64,000 nt of DNA from Planctomycetota bacterium (GCA_021810145.1 JAJZJL010000001.1:23045-87044), one strand, 5' to 3'; numbered from the stretch's first letter, positions 9,083 to 19,322 are shown. Numbers and translations are program-made. The notes: a model not told the origin generated them from the sequence alone.

Positions 9083-9874
9083 ATGGCAACACGTAAACAA
9101 TGGACACACGATGACCTGCTGGTGGCGTTCCGGCTTTATTGCCGCACGCCCTTCGGGCGGCTGCACCGGCTGAACCCGGAAATCATCAAACTCTCAGAGT
9201 TGATGGGACGCACACCATCGTCGGTGGGAATGAAGGCCTGTAATTTCGCCAGCCTGGACCCGGTTCAGCAAGCCCGGCAAATCAAGGGCCTCGGAAACGT
9301 CAGCCGTGATGACCGACAACTTTGGGAAGCATTTCAAGAAAATGCGGAAGCCACAGCCGCCGAAGCGGAAGCCGCCTATGCACGGCTCGTTGGGAACCAA
9401 ACGCCGCCCGCCGAAAATGAATTAGCTGCCGACGCCGAACTCGTGCCGCCAACCGGCCCGACGGAAGAATTGCGTACGGTTCGCGCCCGGCGCGTGCAGG
9501 GATTTTTCCGCGCGGCGGTACTGGCCAGCTATAATTTTCGATGTGCGATATCCGGAATCGCCCTTCCGGAACTACTCAATGCGAGTCACATCATACCTTG
9601 GCAGAAAGACACGAAACGCCGCGCTGATCCGCGCAACGGAATTGCCCTGAACGCCCTTTACGACCGGGCATTTGATCGCGGCTTAATTACATTCGATGAA
9701 TCGTTCCGGTTGGTTCTCTCCGCGCGGCTGAGGGCTAAGGCTAAAAGCCAGAGCGTGCCGGAGCAACTAAAACACTGGTTCTACACACTGGAGGGGACGA
9801 AGATAAATCTCCCCAGACGCTTCACCCCCGATCCAGACGCATTGGCATTTCACCGCGAGACAATTTTTCGTTGA
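9083..9874 (+). CDS. HNH endonuclease with N-terminal helical domain (predicted restriction endonuclease)
   Basis: FRAAVLASYNFRCAISG, ASHIIPW, DPRNGIALNALYDRAFDRGLITF; N-terminal WTHDDLLVAFRLYC...GRTPSSVGMK..NFASLDP. Confidence 0.85.
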   Translation: MATRKQWTHDDLLVAFRLYCRTPFGRLHRLNPEIIKLSELMGRTPSSVGMKACNFASLDPVQQARQIKGLGNVSRDDRQLWEAFQENAEATAAEAEAAYARLVGNQTPPAENELAADAELVPPTGPTEELRTVRARRVQGFFRAAVLASYNFRCAISGIALPELLNASHIIPWQKDTKRRADPRNGIALNALYDRAFDRGLITFDESFRLVLSARLRAKAKSQSVPEQLKHWFYTLEGTKINLPRRFTPDPDALAFHRETIFR

Positions 9875-10073
9875 TGCGGCCGGGCGAACGGCGGAGCTGC
9901 GGGAGCCGCCCGTGGCGCGCGTTCAAAGGCTCGACGCTCCAGGATTCCCCGTTGGCCAACCTACCGGCAGAAAAAGGGTTGGACGCATAAATGCTAATGT
10001 GTGCAAAACACACGCGTGAGGGCGAAGCAATAAATGCGGGCTGGGTACCCTCACTTTTTTATTGCGCATGATC

Positions 10074-10607
10074 CTATGGCCCATCGGTCATTCCCGCGCC
10101 GCCGAGCTTTTCCTGAAATCCTTTTTTCGTCCACTCTTCCCGGTATTGTAGCGTGAATTTGCGCTGCAGTTTCCGCCCTGACCCTATCCGCTGAAGTATT
10201 TCCTCAAGTGAAATGCCCTGCTCCGCCCGGCTAAGATTTCCCAGAACACGGAATACGATTTTATCCGCGGAACAGATTTGGCACTCATCGGATTGTCGAA
10301 GCAGGTACGCCAGAGATTCCGTCTCGCCGGGGTCAAGTTTTTCAAAATATCCGGGTGAAAATCTGGCGCGAAGGCCGCTGATATCGGTTGGTGTAAGGCT
10401 GAACACGTTAATGGCACGGGATTCGGTGAACGCGGACAGATTAATGTCGTGGCGGTTGCCCTCGGCATCTTCGAAGAATTGGGCCTCATCAATGACCGTC
10501 TGCGCAAGGTGTATATCACATGCGGCAACGATGCGATCCCACAATCCATGGCGCGATATTTCGATTATGACATTGGCATCAAACAGAAGAAACCTGAACT
10601 TCTTCAC
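10074..10607 (-). CDS. PIN-domain protein (VapC-like)
   Basis: LLFDANVII, TVIDE, LDPGETESL, ICSADK acidic PIN pattern; GTG start 10607 after GGAGG; overlaps upstream gene. Confidence 0.75.
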   Translation of the reverse strand: MKKFRFLLFDANVIIEISRHGLWDRIVAACDIHLAQTVIDEAQFFEDAEGNRHDINLSAFTESRAINVFSLTPTDISGLRARFSPGYFEKLDPGETESLAYLLRQSDECQICSADKIVFRVLGNLSRAEQGISLEEILQRIGSGRKLQRKFTLQYREEWTKKGFQEKLGGAGMTDGP

Positions 10608-11694
10608 CGTTCGGAACCTCCTGTTCAATGAAGCGCATGGCTTGCTGCCGTGAAATATTCAGATACTCCGCGAAGCGGCCGATCGCCATTTCGCCGCGGC
10701 GCATGGCCCTGACTGCCAGCGCACGGTAGCGTGCCGGCCACGGATGAAGGGGCTTGCGGTCCTCACGATCCTCAAGCAACGGCGACAGTGTTCTGGCCCT
10801 TTCGATATCCCGTCTGGTTTGATCGGCGCCGGCGTGCCCACGGCCGTACAAAATATGCATGCGCCACAGGACAGAATCCACTGATACGTCGAACTCGCGC
10901 GCAACGTCGTGTAACGACTCAATTGTTATTTTGTCACTATGTGTGCGGGCACTGATGGCGGAGCGGAATGGATCAGCGGGAAGCAAAAGGTTGGCCGCGA
11001 AGCATGTGGCCAACTTTTCCTCCCACTCGCGGGTAATTATTTGCTCCCCAGTGGTTGGATGAAATAGCTGCCAGGTCAGCAGATGAAACAGCTCATGCGC
11101 CAGATCATGGTTACGTCGCCATCGGGTATTTTGAGAATTCAGCAGAATGGCCGCACCAAGGGAATCCGTGACGGTCGCCGCCGCGGTACCGGAAGGTTCA
11201 AAACTCAGGTGAAAAATCTTCACCCCGCAGACTTCCTCAAGCGTAGCCAACAGGGACAGGCCGGGGCGGTCGCCCAGTTGCAATTCACAGCGAACGCGCT
11301 TGGCCAATTCTTCGGCTTGTGCGTACGAATAAGTTGCGGGATCGCCGGTGGCACAGGGCAGGCTGATTGGCGCAGATTCGTCACACCATATTTCGAGGTT
11401 ATGGTATTGCTCACAGAGGCGGAGGAATTGAACCTCAATTTCCGCCGCATTCTTCTCCGGCCGTTCGCGCCACAATACTGTTGGCTGGACTTCCAATGGG
11501 CCTTCAGTAAGAAAGAAAGCGACCGAGCGTTTGCAGGCGTCGGCCAATTTGCGCAATTGGCTCAGGCTCGGCTCCCGCTTTCCATTCTCAAATTCCGAAA
11601 GCGATGATTCACCAATACCGGTCCTTTCTCTAACCTGCGCCAGCGAAAGGTTGGCTCGTTGTCGTGCGTACTTAATACGGTCGTGAATTGCCAT
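10579..11694 (-). CDS. XRE helix-turn-helix plus ImmA/IrrE (peptidase M78) fusion
   Basis: SLSEFENGKREP HTH; RRNHDLAHELFHLL (HExxH); EEKLATCFAANLLLP. Confidence 0.9.
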   Translation of the reverse strand: MAIHDRIKYARQRANLSLAQVRERTGIGESSLSEFENGKREPSLSQLRKLADACKRSVAFFLTEGPLEVQPTVLWRERPEKNAAEIEVQFLRLCEQYHNLEIWCDESAPISLPCATGDPATYSYAQAEELAKRVRCELQLGDRPGLSLLATLEEVCGVKIFHLSFEPSGTAAATVTDSLGAAILLNSQNTRWRRNHDLAHELFHLLTWQLFHPTTGEQIITREWEEKLATCFAANLLLPADPFRSAISARTHSDKITIESLHDVAREFDVSVDSVLWRMHILYGRGHAGADQTRRDIERARTLSPLLEDREDRKPLHPWPARYRALAVRAMRRGEMAIGRFAEYLNISRQQAMRFIEQEVPNGEEVQVSSV

Positions 11695-11739
11695 AACCGC
11701 TCCTGTGCCTGTCCAATCTTACTTCCATTTCACAGAATA

Positions 11740-11767
11740 ATTATACGCTATAGTTTGTGATATGCAA
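11740..11767 (-). promoter_or_regulatory. Sigma70-like promoter of the XRE-M78/PIN operon
   Basis: TTGCAT-16-TATAAT on the minus strand in an AT-rich tract. Confidence 0.6.
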
Positions 11768-11999
11768 TCATAATATTCTATATTACAGAACATTTTCGAT
11801 ATTACAATCTTTTAATTCGCATTATGCAAATTTACGCGGCGGATCAGGTTCACCTTTCTTACTTCGCCAATGTACCCTGGGCGATGCGTTCCAGACTCAA
11901 TTGTGGCCAAAAATATCAGCAGGCTTACCGGCCAGGTACTTTGGAATCCAAATCACCGGTAACCGTTGTTGGACTTCCCCGCGGATACACGCTGCGGGG

Positions 12000-14900
12000 T
12001 CAGGTGAATTTTGCCCAGCGGGCGGCCAGGGTGGGCAGGATGATCAGGTTCAGGAGGGTGGACGTAAACAGGCCGCCGACGATGACCTGGGCTAACGGTC
12101 CTTCGATTTCCCGGCCCGGAGCACCGGAACCCAGGGCCAGCGGCAGCAGGCCCAGTGCGGCTACCAGAGCGGTCATTAAAATCGCCGGCAGGCGATCAAC
12201 CGCGCCTTCTATGGATGTTTCAATATTCCAGGTTCTGTTTTCACGCGCTACCAGGTGCTGATAATGGGACAGGAGCATAATGGAATTGCGCAGGGTAATG
12301 CCAAAGAGCGTGATAAACCCCACCAGAGCGCCCAGCGACAATACCCCCCCGCTCACGAACGCCGCCAGCACGCCGCCCACCAGTGCCAGCGGCAGGTTGA
12401 TCAACAGCAGCAGCACGTTGTTGATGTTTCTCAGCACAATAAACAGCAAAAGCAAGATGCCAACCAGCGCAATGCCGGAATGCACCAGCAGGTCGTGTTG
12501 CGCTTTGACCGCGGCCTGAGCCGAGCCGGTGAAATTGACCAGCACTCCGGCGGGAATATGAAGGCTGGCAATGGCGTGCCGGGCCGCTTTGACAAATTGC
12601 CCGGCGGTTGTACTTTTCAGATGAATGTTAATGCTCTGCGCACGCTGGCCGTTGATATGGGAAATGCGGTAAAAGCCGCGACCTTCATATATTCGCACCA
12701 CGTCGGAAAGCGGAATCCAAGTGCCGCCGGGGGTGTGGATAGGAAGTTTGCGGATCAGGGAAACACGATGGGCAAATTGCGGCGTCATGGTAACCACCAC
12801 GGGCCAGATACGTGTGCCATGATAGATATGTCCCACCGTGCGGCCGCGGATGAGCATGTGGACGCGGGCCAGCACGGCCAGCGGAGATAAACCCCAGCGC
12901 CGGAGTTGTCTGCGGCGCAACCGCAACTGAATTTCCGGCGCGTTCCACGCCGTCTGCGGGGCCACGCTGCGCGCACCGGGAAGCTTCCGCAGGCAGGCCG
13001 TAATCATGGTTGAGGCTTTTTCAATGGCGGCAAAATGATTGCCGATCACCTGCACCGCCACCGGCGCGCCGGAGCCGGAAAGCGTTTCATTGATGCGCTC
13101 GGATAAAACCGTATTGTAATACAGCAACACGCCGGGGAATTTCCTGATCAGCCGCGCCATATCCGCACGAAATTTCCGGGCCTGCCGAGAGGAAAGCGAT
13201 TTTATGCGAATAAGATATTCACTGTATTGCGGCCCGAGAACATCGCCGGCAAGATTGGATCTGCCGGAGCGCTGTTCCACTTCCTGAATATAGGGAATCC
13301 GGCGTAAATCCGCAGTAACACGATTACCAATGGCAATGGATTGACTCAGTGAAGACCCCGCCGTCAGAACCAGGTGCACCACATAATTGCGTTCATTGAG
13401 GCGCGGAAAAAATTCAGTTTTCAGGCTCGGCAGCAGTATCAATCCAGCGAGCGTAACCATTGCCACCAATGCGATAACCGCTTTTCGCCAGCGTTCCACA
13501 AAAGTCAGCAGCCGCCGATACGCGGTTTTGATATGGCTGGTCAGCCAGGCGTCGTGGCGGCTTACGGCCACCTGGGGTAATAAAGTCATACACAGCGCGG
13601 GAGTCAGTGTCAGGGCCAGAATCAGCGAGGATATGACCGCGGCAATGTAGGCCACACCCAGCGGAGCAAAGAACCGCCCCGCCAGACCGCCGAGGCCAAA
13701 AATCGGCAGAAACACCAGAATAACGGCAAAGGTGGCGAACACGACAGCGCTTCGCACTTCCAGCGATGCATGCAGGATCACAGCCAGCGCATGGCGCGGC
13801 ACTTCCGCCAGCGCGTTGATGCGCAGGCGGCGCGTAATGTTTTCCACATCAATGACCGCATCATCAACAACTTCACCAATGGCCACAGCCAATCCGCCCA
13901 TGGTCATGGTGTTAATCGTATCGCCAAGATGAATCAGAATCGCAATGGCCGCCAGCAGAGAAAGCGGAATGGCCAGGCAGGAAATAAGACTGGTGCGCCA
14001 ATCGCCAAGAAACAGCGCCAGCACCAGAATAACCAGTCCGGCACCAATCAGCAGCGAATCAATGAGATTGTGCAGGGCAACGGTGATAAAATCGGCGCTT
14101 TGCAGAATTTTTCCATGCAGAACAATGCCCTGCTGGGCCAACAGCGGTTGCAGGGAATTCAACGCTTTCGTTACGCCGGCACTTACGCGCAGCAGGTTCG
14201 AGCCATACGCCTGTCCGATCATCAGCAGCACGCCGGGCTTTTGCATGATGGAAACCGCGCCAACCTGCGGCAAGTGGCTCAAGCGGATATGGGCCACATC
14301 GGCCAGCGTGATAACCTGCGTGCCATGCACCGCCACAGTTGTTTCACCGAGTTGTTTTAACGATTGAATTTGCCCATGCGCCCGCAGGGTCATATCCTGA
14401 TTGGGTGTGGTAATAAACCCCGCTCCCATCAGGCCGGTGGCCCCGCGCGCCGCGGCAAGCACCTGTTGCACGGTTAAATGGTATTGAATCAACCGGGCCG
14501 GAATGACTTCGATGCGGTAATCTTTCTGCAGGCCGCCATAAATAGCCACCTCGGATACGCCGTGTACGGCCAGAAGTCGCGGTTGCATAACCCAATCGGC
14601 AACGGTGCGCAAGCGGCGGAGGTCATTGGTTTTGCTGGTAATGCCAACCACCGTAACCCAGCGAACGGAACTGCTCAGCGGCATAAGCACGGGCGTATCA
14701 ACCGTGGGCGGCAGGGTTCCGGCCACCTGTGCCAGGCGCTGCGAAACCGCCTGTTGATCGCGGTAAATATCTGATCCGCTGGGAAACAGCACCTTAACAA
14801 TGGATATGCCCTGCAGAGAATTGGAAAATGTTTTTTCCGCACCGACGCCACCGGCCAGCGCCTGTTCAATGGGCGTGGTAACAAGTTTTTCCACCTGACG

Positions 14901-15074
14901 CGGACTGTATCCGGGGGCAAGCGTCTTGATTTTTAATTGCGGCTGAATGAAATTCGGATAAACATCATAGCGGGCGCGGGCAATGGAATATACGCCATAG
15001 CCCATAAGAATACAGGCCAGGGCAATAATAATGCCCCGAAAATGCAGAGCAAAGTTTACAATCCGTTTAAGCAT
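12000..15074 (-). CDS. RND efflux permease, CusA/CzcA (heavy-metal efflux) family
   Basis: 1024 aa; GEVVDDAVIDVENI, RNSIML, RLPAILMTALVAALGLLPLA, PGREIEGPLA. Confidence 0.92.
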   Translation of the reverse strand: MLKRIVNFALHFRGIIIALACILMGYGVYSIARARYDVYPNFIQPQLKIKTLAPGYSPRQVEKLVTTPIEQALAGGVGAEKTFSNSLQGISIVKVLFPSGSDIYRDQQAVSQRLAQVAGTLPPTVDTPVLMPLSSSVRWVTVVGITSKTNDLRRLRTVADWVMQPRLLAVHGVSEVAIYGGLQKDYRIEVIPARLIQYHLTVQQVLAAARGATGLMGAGFITTPNQDMTLRAHGQIQSLKQLGETTVAVHGTQVITLADVAHIRLSHLPQVGAVSIMQKPGVLLMIGQAYGSNLLRVSAGVTKALNSLQPLLAQQGIVLHGKILQSADFITVALHNLIDSLLIGAGLVILVLALFLGDWRTSLISCLAIPLSLLAAIAILIHLGDTINTMTMGGLAVAIGEVVDDAVIDVENITRRLRINALAEVPRHALAVILHASLEVRSAVVFATFAVILVFLPIFGLGGLAGRFFAPLGVAYIAAVISSLILALTLTPALCMTLLPQVAVSRHDAWLTSHIKTAYRRLLTFVERWRKAVIALVAMVTLAGLILLPSLKTEFFPRLNERNYVVHLVLTAGSSLSQSIAIGNRVTADLRRIPYIQEVEQRSGRSNLAGDVLGPQYSEYLIRIKSLSSRQARKFRADMARLIRKFPGVLLYYNTVLSERINETLSGSGAPVAVQVIGNHFAAIEKASTMITACLRKLPGARSVAPQTAWNAPEIQLRLRRRQLRRWGLSPLAVLARVHMLIRGRTVGHIYHGTRIWPVVVTMTPQFAHRVSLIRKLPIHTPGGTWIPLSDVVRIYEGRGFYRISHINGQRAQSINIHLKSTTAGQFVKAARHAIASLHIPAGVLVNFTGSAQAAVKAQHDLLVHSGIALVGILLLLFIVLRNINNVLLLLINLPLALVGGVLAAFVSGGVLSLGALVGFITLFGITLRNSIMLLSHYQHLVARENRTWNIETSIEGAVDRLPAILMTALVAALGLLPLALGSGAPGREIEGPLAQVIVGGLFTSTLLNLIILPTLAARWAKFT

Positions 15075-15105
15075 CTTACATCCATCAATGACCTCGGTTC
15101 CGGCA

Positions 15106-16287
15106 TCAGCCTGATTTTTTGAGCGTGGAACTTAATTTAATTGTCAGCAGCAGTTGGGCACCGCGGGAAACAATGCGCCTTTCCGGCAGCGATCCATTTT
15201 TTACCGCGTAGCCGGCCGGTACGCTCAGCGGATGAATCAATTCGCGCATCGTGAAAACGCCTTTACCGCGGGCCGCAAATACCCAGCGTTCCCCCTCCCA
15301 CCAGATTACCGCCGAACGCGGAACAATGGTCATGGTCACCGATTTGGCGGTTTTCGGGATCCATGCGGTAATGGCCATGCCGGGCCGCAGCGTGCCGGGA
15401 TTATCCATCACATATAACATGGTCAGCCCGCGCGTTTGCCGGTCGGCCTGCGGGCCAAGGGTAAGCGGTTGGGCTTTAAGCCAGTGCCGGTGGCCCAACG
15501 CCCGCACATGAGCAATCGTGCCGGCGGCAATGCGGCCGGAGTCGGAAGCGGGTAATGCCACCGCGGCCAGAAGCGTGTGAAAATCTTCAATTTTCAGCAG
15601 CGGTTGATCAGCGGCCACCGCTTCGCCCGGATGTGCCAGAATCGCTGTAACCATGCCGGACTGGAAAATCGGCAGCGGCAGAAAGCCACCGGTTCTGGTT
15701 TTCAATTGCCGAGATATGGCGGCAATACTTTGAAAATCAGCCTGCACGCGGGCCGCAGCGCCCGCGAAAGCCGCATGCGCCGCCTGCACACGCTGCAGGG
15801 ATACGGCCTTGTTCCGGGCGTAAAGAGATTGTTCGCGGTGATATGCGGCGGCGGCGGCTGATTGCGCCACCCGGGCCGCCAGCAGATCAGCTTTTACCTT
15901 GGTAAGCTCAAGAGCCAGTGTAATATTCAGAGTCGTGGACACCACCGGCTTTATTCCCGCCAGGCTGCTGCCGCGGACGACATGTGTCCCGATCTGCGGC
16001 CAGGCTTTGCCATGCAGGTGTACCACCACGCCCGCCAACGGCGAAGCCAGTATCCAACGCGCTCGGGGATTGGCTCGCAGTTCACCATACAGCGTTATCA
16101 TGGGACGAATGGCGGCGGCTTTGATTTCCGCGGTTTGAATATTCAGCGATTTTTCCTGCGCTCTGGTGAGATGTATATTTGCCGCAGCTCGCGGCCCCGC
16201 ACCGGCAAGCCCTGGTTGCGCCAGCAGAGCGGCCCCAACAAGGGACACCCATTGCAAAGACCTTTTTTTACGTTGTGCAGCAATCAT
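15106..16287 (-). CDS. RND efflux periplasmic adaptor (membrane fusion protein)
   Basis: SPLAGVV...GMVTAILAHPGEAV lipoyl-like halves, LRPGMAIT, VPRSAVI, IVSRGAQLL. Confidence 0.88.
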   Translation of the reverse strand: MIAAQRKKRSLQWVSLVGAALLAQPGLAGAGPRAAANIHLTRAQEKSLNIQTAEIKAAAIRPMITLYGELRANPRARWILASPLAGVVVHLHGKAWPQIGTHVVRGSSLAGIKPVVSTTLNITLALELTKVKADLLAARVAQSAAAAAYHREQSLYARNKAVSLQRVQAAHAAFAGAAARVQADFQSIAAISRQLKTRTGGFLPLPIFQSGMVTAILAHPGEAVAADQPLLKIEDFHTLLAAVALPASDSGRIAAGTIAHVRALGHRHWLKAQPLTLGPQADRQTRGLTMLYVMDNPGTLRPGMAITAWIPKTAKSVTMTIVPRSAVIWWEGERWVFAARGKGVFTMRELIHPLSVPAGYAVKNGSLPERRIVSRGAQLLLTIKLSSTLKKSG

Positions 16288-17708
16288 GGTCTGGTTCCTT
16301 TCGGCATGGCCGGCGTATGACCCAGCGGCTTTTCCAGAAGCGATTCAAGATTTCCCAGCGCCAGAACCGCCGAGCGCCTGGCCCGCAGAGCCGCCTGGGC
16401 AAAGGTGTTAAGCGCCAATTGCGATTCCGATAGTGCAAGGCGGCTTTGGGCTCCGGCCTGGAAACCGCGGCGGGTGGCCCGCAACTGTGTGCGGGCCTGA
16501 ATTTCAATGGCATTGGCGGTGTGCCATTGCCGTAACGCCGACCGGTATTGCGATAACGCCGAACGAATCCGTGTGATCACGGCGGTTTGCTTGCGCATTA
16601 ATTCAGCGGCGATAATCAGGCGGTGCGCATTGGCGGCGGCGATGGCTCCCTGATTCTGATTAAAAACCGGCAGAGCCATGGTAAAGCCCAGGGTAAAGTC
16701 GTTGGCCCCCTGATTGAAACTGTAGCCAGGGCCAAGCTGAATATCGGGATATTGCCGGGCAATCTGCAATTTCAACTCTGCCTCCGCAGCCTGATATTGC
16801 GCCAGTAAAGATTGAATATCCATGCGATTCAGCAGTGCCGCACGGCTCAACCGTTTTATATTCAAGCTTTGCGCGGGCGGTGTGTGCATGAGTTGCGCAT
16901 GGGAAATGTGCACACCGGCCAAGGCCCGCAGCGGCATGGATAGCGCTGCGGCCAGCGCAATGCGGCGCTGCCGCACCTGTCCCTGCGCCGCCACCAGCGC
17001 CAGCGCCGCCTGACGGGCTTGAATTTCCGCGGCGATATAAACGGGGCGGGAAATATCACCGGCCTGAAATCGCGCTTTGATCAGGCTTTGAATCATCGAG
17101 GTGTTGCGTACCTGCTGGCGCAGCAATGCCAAACGCCTGCGGGCAAATAGATAATCAATGAGTGTGAGTCTGACGCGTTGCCGCACATTCCAGGCCGCTT
17201 CCCCAAGATCAAACCGGCCCGCCCGCGTCAGTGCCGCGGCCTGCGCCATACGGTCCTGCCGGCGCCCGGCGGTTTCAATGGGAATATTAAAGTTAAAGCC
17301 TAAAATCCATGGCGAAATGCCCGGACCGGCTTTGGCGGCATAGGTTGGGGATAAGGCAACGGTTGGATTGGGCGATTGCCCCGCGGAAATCATATTGGCG
17401 TTATCCAGCGCCAGTTGTGCCAATTGCACGCGCAAGGCGGGGCTGTAATACCACGCGGCCGCCACGAGTGTGCTTAACGTCTGCACGTGAGGAAATCCCG
17501 GTTGAAGTTTAATGGGTTGCCGGGCGATAAATGCTTTGAGTTGCGGGTTGGTCAGGGATCGTGCGTGAAAACGGCTTTGAAAGGCCGCCGGCTTTAACGG
17601 CCGGGCATGATAAGTTGCACAACCCGCCAGCGTCAGGCTGATCAGGCCTGATACCAGGAACCTACCGTGCGCCCGCCGCCGTTGTGAAATTAGCCGCCTT
17701 TTTATCAC
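16284..17708 (-). CDS. TolC-family outer membrane efflux lipoprotein
   Basis: Lipobox LAGC; PNPTV, IPIETAGRR, QYPDIQLGPGY, LPVFNQNQGAI. Confidence 0.9.
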   Translation of the reverse strand: MIKRRLISQRRRAHGRFLVSGLISLTLAGCATYHARPLKPAAFQSRFHARSLTNPQLKAFIARQPIKLQPGFPHVQTLSTLVAAAWYYSPALRVQLAQLALDNANMISAGQSPNPTVALSPTYAAKAGPGISPWILGFNFNIPIETAGRRQDRMAQAAALTRAGRFDLGEAAWNVRQRVRLTLIDYLFARRRLALLRQQVRNTSMIQSLIKARFQAGDISRPVYIAAEIQARQAALALVAAQGQVRQRRIALAAALSMPLRALAGVHISHAQLMHTPPAQSLNIKRLSRAALLNRMDIQSLLAQYQAAEAELKLQIARQYPDIQLGPGYSFNQGANDFTLGFTMALPVFNQNQGAIAAANAHRLIIAAELMRKQTAVITRIRSALSQYRSALRQWHTANAIEIQARTQLRATRRGFQAGAQSRLALSESQLALNTFAQAALRARRSAVLALGNLESLLEKPLGHTPAMPKGTRP

Positions 17709-17862
17709 AAACCAAATCTAGTGACTTGTTCATGGCAAGTCAACTGCGGCGGGTCGGACAGTAGCCGTGTGGCCGTGGATGGTATTGCGATAAGGTTTTT
17801 TGTTGTGGCTGTCGGTATGGAAAGCCTGGCATCGATGATGCGCAACGGTGCAGTAACCGCCA

Positions 17863-17892
17863 TTGACAGATACCAAACAAAATGCTAACATA
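17863..17892 (+). promoter_or_regulatory. imuA promoter with overlapping candidate SOS operator
   Basis: TTGACA-17-TAACAT with extended -10 TG; ATACCAAACAAAATGCTAACATA overlaps the spacer and -10. Confidence 0.6.
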
Positions 17893-17925
17893 CAGGTGGT
17901 ATGGAAATCAGGAATAGACAACACC

Positions 17926-18702
17926 ATGGCCGCCAAACTGACTTTTGCCGATTTGGTGCAGGATTCCGCCCGCATTATCCAGAAGCTTGAACCGCAGGCG
18001 CCGATACCTTGTGCCGCACCGCCAACCATGCCGCAAGGTGATGATACTTTCACAGAGTTGCCGGAATTATGCATTGGCATTCATGAATGGTTTTATGGCG
18101 AAACCCCGGATACAAGCCCCGGCACGCCCCATTACCACGTACCGCCGAGGTCCGGGGATCGTCCATGGTGGCCGGCGGCCCTTACACTGATGGCATGGAT
18201 GGCGGGCCGGATAATGCGGCAATCGGAACACAAATATCTTTTCTGGATCGGCGGTGCGCAATTTCTGCCAACCATTCAACTGTTGGCGGCCATTTTGCCG
18301 GGCCACCGCCTGATCGAACGCTGCATTTTTATTGATCCCCCCAACCAGTCTGACCGCATCTGGACCATTGATCAGACACTGCGGTCCGGTGCGGCGGCTG
18401 CGGTTATCGCAAATGGCGCCGGAGCGGATATGGCCGCCAGCCGCAGGTGGCAACTGGCGGCAACGGCCGGTGGTGTGTGCGGCCTGCTGGCCCGTCCGCC
18501 ATGGGAAATGCACGCCCCCTGCCTGTCTGTCACCCGCTGGCACGTTCAACCCGCCCCCACCCACACCAGCAATCCGCACTGGCATGTGCGATTGCTGCGC
18601 TGCAAGCCACCGATGGCGGCCATGGCCGCGGATCGACAATGGATTGTGCAATGGTCTTATGATCCGGACAATGGACAGGGAGAAATCAAGCCCGGCACCT
18701 GA
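17926..18702 (+). CDS. imuA: ImuA-like protein (RecA/SulA-like mutasome accessory)
   Basis: GIHEW, DRIWTIDQTLRSGAAAAVIA, ASRRWQLAA..GG, TRWHVQP, WHVRLLRCK. Confidence 0.75.
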   Translation: MAAKLTFADLVQDSARIIQKLEPQAPIPCAAPPTMPQGDDTFTELPELCIGIHEWFYGETPDTSPGTPHYHVPPRSGDRPWWPAALTLMAWMAGRIMRQSEHKYLFWIGGAQFLPTIQLLAAILPGHRLIERCIFIDPPNQSDRIWTIDQTLRSGAAAAVIANGAGADMAASRRWQLAATAGGVCGLLARPPWEMHAPCLSVTRWHVQPAPTHTSNPHWHVRLLRCKPPMAAMAADRQWIVQWSYDPDNGQGEIKPGT

Positions 18703-18848
18703 ATTGCACCGGAGCAAATCCGCCGGCTGCACCCCCCAAAAAGCCACCACATGGCCTTCCCGCATTATTTCTTTAGGCATTTCCAGACCAGCCATGCGAA
18801 GGGCAATCGAGCTATCCGAAAATCTCAGGCGCTGCTATACTCACCCTT

Positions 18849-19322
18849 ATGAGACGCAAACCGAGCTACGTCCGTGACGCAGTTAGCTTCCAACCCGGAG
18901 TCGTTGCCCCCTGGCCCGCCGGCCACGACCCAGCCGATAAAGTGGCGCAGGATGTCCACTACCGGCCCAGTGGAGAGCACAAGAGCCACCCGTCACCAAA
19001 TAACCTTTGGACGTTCGGCCCGCGTAAAGGCAAGGCGTTATGCGATCCATTTAATGAAGCCCAGTGGCCCCAACGGCTGGAGGCACTGCGGCAGGCCATC
19101 CGTGCCTCCTGTGTGAGCCGCGAGTTTCGCGGCCGATTTCCCTCCCGTGTATGGGTATACATTCAGCGTAACGATGAGACCCGCAAACTCCACGAAGCAA
19201 GGCTCTCCAACAGTGGACAGGGCTGGTACCATGGCTTTCCATTGCAATATGAAGATCAGTATCCCGCGGATCCACAAGGCCTTTTAAGGAACGCTCCCTG
19301 TGTTAAGATCACTGACCATTGA
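18849..19322 (+). CDS. Hypothetical toxin-like protein (possible BECR-type RNase)
   Basis: HKSHP..PRKGKALCD, FPSRVW, HEARLSN..G.YHGFP; overlaps the downstream M78-like gene; TGcTATACT 7 nt before ATG. Confidence 0.6.
   Translation: MRRKPSYVRDAVSFQPGVVAPWPAGHDPADKVAQDVHYRPSGEHKSHPSPNNLWTFGPRKGKALCDPFNEAQWPQRLEALRQAIRASCVSREFRGRFPSRVWVYIQRNDETRKLHEARLSNSGQGWYHGFPLQYEDQYPADPQGLLRNAPCVKITDH

Noticed and set aside
7845..10074. Integron cassette array (attC sites between defence genes)
   Set aside because: Genes are in mixed orientations with their own promoters; no RYYYAAC/GTTRRRY-bounded attC or intI recognised
17733..17841. Sigma54 -24/-12-like motifs (TGGCAAGTCAACTGC, TGGCATCGATGATGC) upstream of imuA
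   Set aside because: Both lack the TTGC consensus, and a better sigma70 promoter lies closer to the gene
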